A stretch of DNA of 64,000 nt from Octopus sinensis (lineage: Eukaryota): positions 19,405,360 through 19,469,359 of the forward strand of contig NC_043019.1 in NCBI RefSeq assembly GCF_006345805.1. Direction: 5' to 3'. The first letter of the stretch is position 1. Every line of letters begins with the position of its first letter. Shown piece by piece: positions 61,040 through 64,000 of the stretch. Made by a program: the position numbers and the translations under genes. Below the pieces are notes generated by a model, which worked only from the letters and a program-made list of their open reading frames with translations, was not told the DNA's origin and ran no database searches.

Positions 61040-62149
61040 AAAAAAAAATTTGCTAACCGTTTAACATTCAATAATATTCCAACTGAAGTAATTCCTTTTA
61101 TTGAATAGAAATCCTACAGTTTAATCTACAGAGTTTAGGGGCAGCAACAATGGAAGGCCATTTCAAATTGTAAAGCTTAGCTTTTGTAGAGCTTTAACTG
61201 TGATTTATGCACAAGCAGTAGTGAAATAGCAGTGAAGGTTTGATTTTTTTTGAACTTGCAAACTTTTTGAGCCCTGATGCAAAATCCTTAGTTGTTCTGA
61301 GACTCTATTATGGGATAATTTCAAGATCTTTGTTCATGATACCTGGTAGGAAACTGGTTTGAATTCTGTATGAATGAGGTCATTGTGCTGAAGGTGAAAG
61401 GGTTGTGGAGAGAACTTTAGTTACAAAAAGTGGTGTGAATTGCTTAAGGCTGGTTGGTCAGGAAAGGAATTATTTAATGGAAGGTTCACATTTTTGTTTT
61501 CTTTTTAATAATTCTTTTACATCCAGTTGTCCATGTTAACAATTCTGCATTTTGGGTATCTGCTATCAATAATAACTAGAGGCAGGCAAAACTCTGCGTT
61601 TCTCACAGACACAAGTAACCAACTTTGAACTTGGCACTCTATAATTTCACTTCACAAATTGTTTGCCTCAGAGTCACTGATATAAGCATCTTATATATTC
61701 CTCCCTTGACACATCATCAACAGCATTTGACATCCATTTTCCATGTTGGTATTAGTTAGATGGTTCAACTGGAACTGGTAAGCTGGAGAGCTGCATCAGG
61801 CTCCTGTCTGTTTCCGTTTGGTTTCTATGACTGAATGTCCTTCCTGACACTGACCATTTCATAGAATGTACTGGCTATCTTTCACGTGTCACTAGAATGA
61901 ATGTCTTTAATGGATACCTTCTATGTGTCACCGGCACAGAGCCACGGACCATATTAGTGGTTGGTGCTGAGTCCCAACTAGACCTAGAGTGACATGGTGG
62001 AGCAGTGTAGTTGGCAGGGCCATTAGAGCAAAGAAACAGACCTGGAAGGACTGGCAGGGTTGTGGTAGCCAAATACTATTTCAGGTAGCTGGAAGGAATG
62101 CTAGGCAGCAGGTATACTTAGCCAGGGAGAACTAGAAAGGAAGAATTGA

Positions 62150-62570
62150 AACATGGGATGTGACTTTGGAAGAGATGCAAAGGCTTGACAGAAATGAAGC
62201 TAATACGTGCTGTGCTGGGTGTGCAATGTCAGTGTGCACATACGACAGGGTTTAAATGTCTTCAGAAAAAAATTGGGTAAAAGAGGCATCCGATGTATGG
62301 TGCAAAAGAAACAACTTTGCTGGTATGGTCATGTGATGTATATGGACAAGGACAACTGTGTAAAAAAAGTGTCAATTTCTAACTGTTGGGGGAACCTGTG
62401 GAAGAGGTCACCTTAGGAAGACATGGGATGTGGTGGTGAAATATGATCTTGGGATGTTGTGTGAATAGGAGGCAATGACAAGTGATTGAGACCTTTGGCA
62501 GTTTAGTGAAATTGTAGTTGTGACCAGTGCCAATTACATGTGAACTGTGCGCCTGTGCTGGTGACATGTA
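62150..62570 (+). mobile_element. Degenerate RTE LINE 3' fragment
   Basis: CNVSVH..RGIRC..CWYGHV motif shared with the other RTE copies. Confidence 0.8.
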
Positions 62571-62792
62571 AAGAGCAATCGTACCAGTGACATTCTGTTT
62601 TTCACATTTGAGTCAATTCTTTTAAACTAAAATGTACTCTGTAGTCTGAAGCTGACTGGTACCAGAATTTAGAGAAATGTCAGACCTTACACTTTTGTTA
62701 ATACACACTCCCAAGAGGGTCCCTCCCCTCAGTTAGGAAAAAAATGGAATGGTCTGGACTAACTTAAAAACATTGTTAAACACTCAAGTCAA

Positions 62793-63665
62793 CGAGGATA
62801 TGATATGGTATCAAAAAGTTTCTGGACTAGTTCTGTAGAGCACCAAAAGAGGGCAGCACATGGTTGTGTGTGTGATGAAATCTAGCACTGAGCTTCATGT
62901 GGCAATGCAATAAATGACTTTGCTGTGTTTACTTTGCAAGTTGTGAAATTTGTGTTTTTGTGATCATTTGCATGTTGTAGTCTGTGATTTTGTCATAGAC
63001 AAGAAGTTGAAACAAAGAACCAATGTGAAATTTTGCATTAAACTCAAGAAGTCTGCTACAGAGACATTGAGCCTTCTTTGACAAGCTTATGGCATTGAGG
63101 CAGTGGGTCATACACATTGTTCCAAGTGGCATGGGTGCTTCAAAAGTGGAAGAACATCCCTGGAAGATGATGAGTGGTCTGGAAGACAGCTGCAAAGGGC
63201 ATCATCTTGGGAAATGTGGTATTGTCCATCCAGAAATTCTCCTCAGTGTCAGATCATTGAGAGTTCTATTGCAACATTTTGAAGGGTTTAAGGGAGGACA
63301 TCCGGGTTGATAGAGTGTGAAGAATTAGATTCTTCACAGTGGCAATGCACCTTGTCTCTCCTCATTCGTGAGTTTCTTGGCAAAAACAACTTGGTGTCAC
63401 ATCTGCCCTGTTTGCCAGATTTAGCAACTGCAGACTCCCAACTCTTCCCCAAGATGAAAATGAAACTTATAGGTTGCTGTTTTAACAACATTGTCAAGAT
63501 CTTGAACAAATTACAAAAAGTCTTCAACTCACTTAAGGAAAATAACTTCCAGGCTGGATTCCAAAACCTGGGGTTGGTGACTGTTTCGAAAGAGATGATG
63601 TTGAAACATAAGTAAATAAGTTATTTTTTATTAAACATAACTAGGCTGGGAACTTTACAGTTACT
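62793..63665 (+). mobile_element. Internally deleted mariner element
   Basis: QRTNVKFCIKLKKSATET..AYG..KWH..FKSGRTSLEDD N-terminus. Imperfect TIRs AAAAGTTTCTGGACTAG / CTAGGCTGGGAACTTT. Confidence 0.75.
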
Positions 63666-64000
63666 AAACCTGTTAGACATAGTTGCTAAATCTCTCTTAA
63701 ATCTTGTCCTGTCTTAATTCTTTTTGGCTATAGCTGGCTGTGAATTTTATTGGTGAATGTTACCAATTCGCTCAAAGATGCTTGAAATAACCTACTCATA
63801 TTTAAATGAAAATTTCAGTGCAAATCTTGTTAATACATTCATGAAGATATGTGGTTTCATTATATAAAGAATTGAGTTACATTGTCTGGCATTATTTTAC
63901 ACAATATTTGAGCAATGCAAAGTTTTTGAAGTTTTTTCCCCATTCTACCAATTTGATTTTCTGAAATGCTTCACTATAGATGCAAACTGAATACCAGTTT

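Noticed and set aside
63730-63900. AG acceptors at about 63733 and 63818 as the next host exon
   Set aside because: Both hit a stop within 9 codons in the required phase-1 frame.

Overview
This is repeat-rich intragenic animal DNA. The SINE/LINE content suggests an octopus or other cephalopod, which is an inference from repeat families I recognise. One large + strand protein-coding gene spans nearly the whole window. I reconstructed 12 coding exons by hand (9213-60890) with GT-AG junctions and matching phases, giving 2977 nt (about 992 aa) with no internal stop, plus a possible short terminal exon at 60972-61039. The protein starts with a putative myristoylation signal (MGNWLGS) and 17 copies of a YSPPTPSHP-type repeat resembling the Pol II CTD heptad. 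It then has three copies of a 4-exon (phase 1-0/0-1/1-1/1-1) TPR-like plus ankyrin module, the third missing its fourth exon here. It resembles TRANK1-type proteins, but this is unconfirmed. The introns hold CR1/L2-group LINEs (one near-intact ORF2, one full-length copy whose ORF1 has Myb/SANT-like and CCCH zinc-finger motifs, and two copies sharing a deletion in the YADD active site). They also hold RTE LINEs with a PHD finger inside the RT, Penelope remnants, three minimal hammerhead-ribozyme motifs, mariner and Chapaev-like remnants, hAT- and piggyBac-type MITEs, long foldbacks, tRNA-derived SINEs and microsatellites. Identities and alignments were judged by eye and no searches were run.
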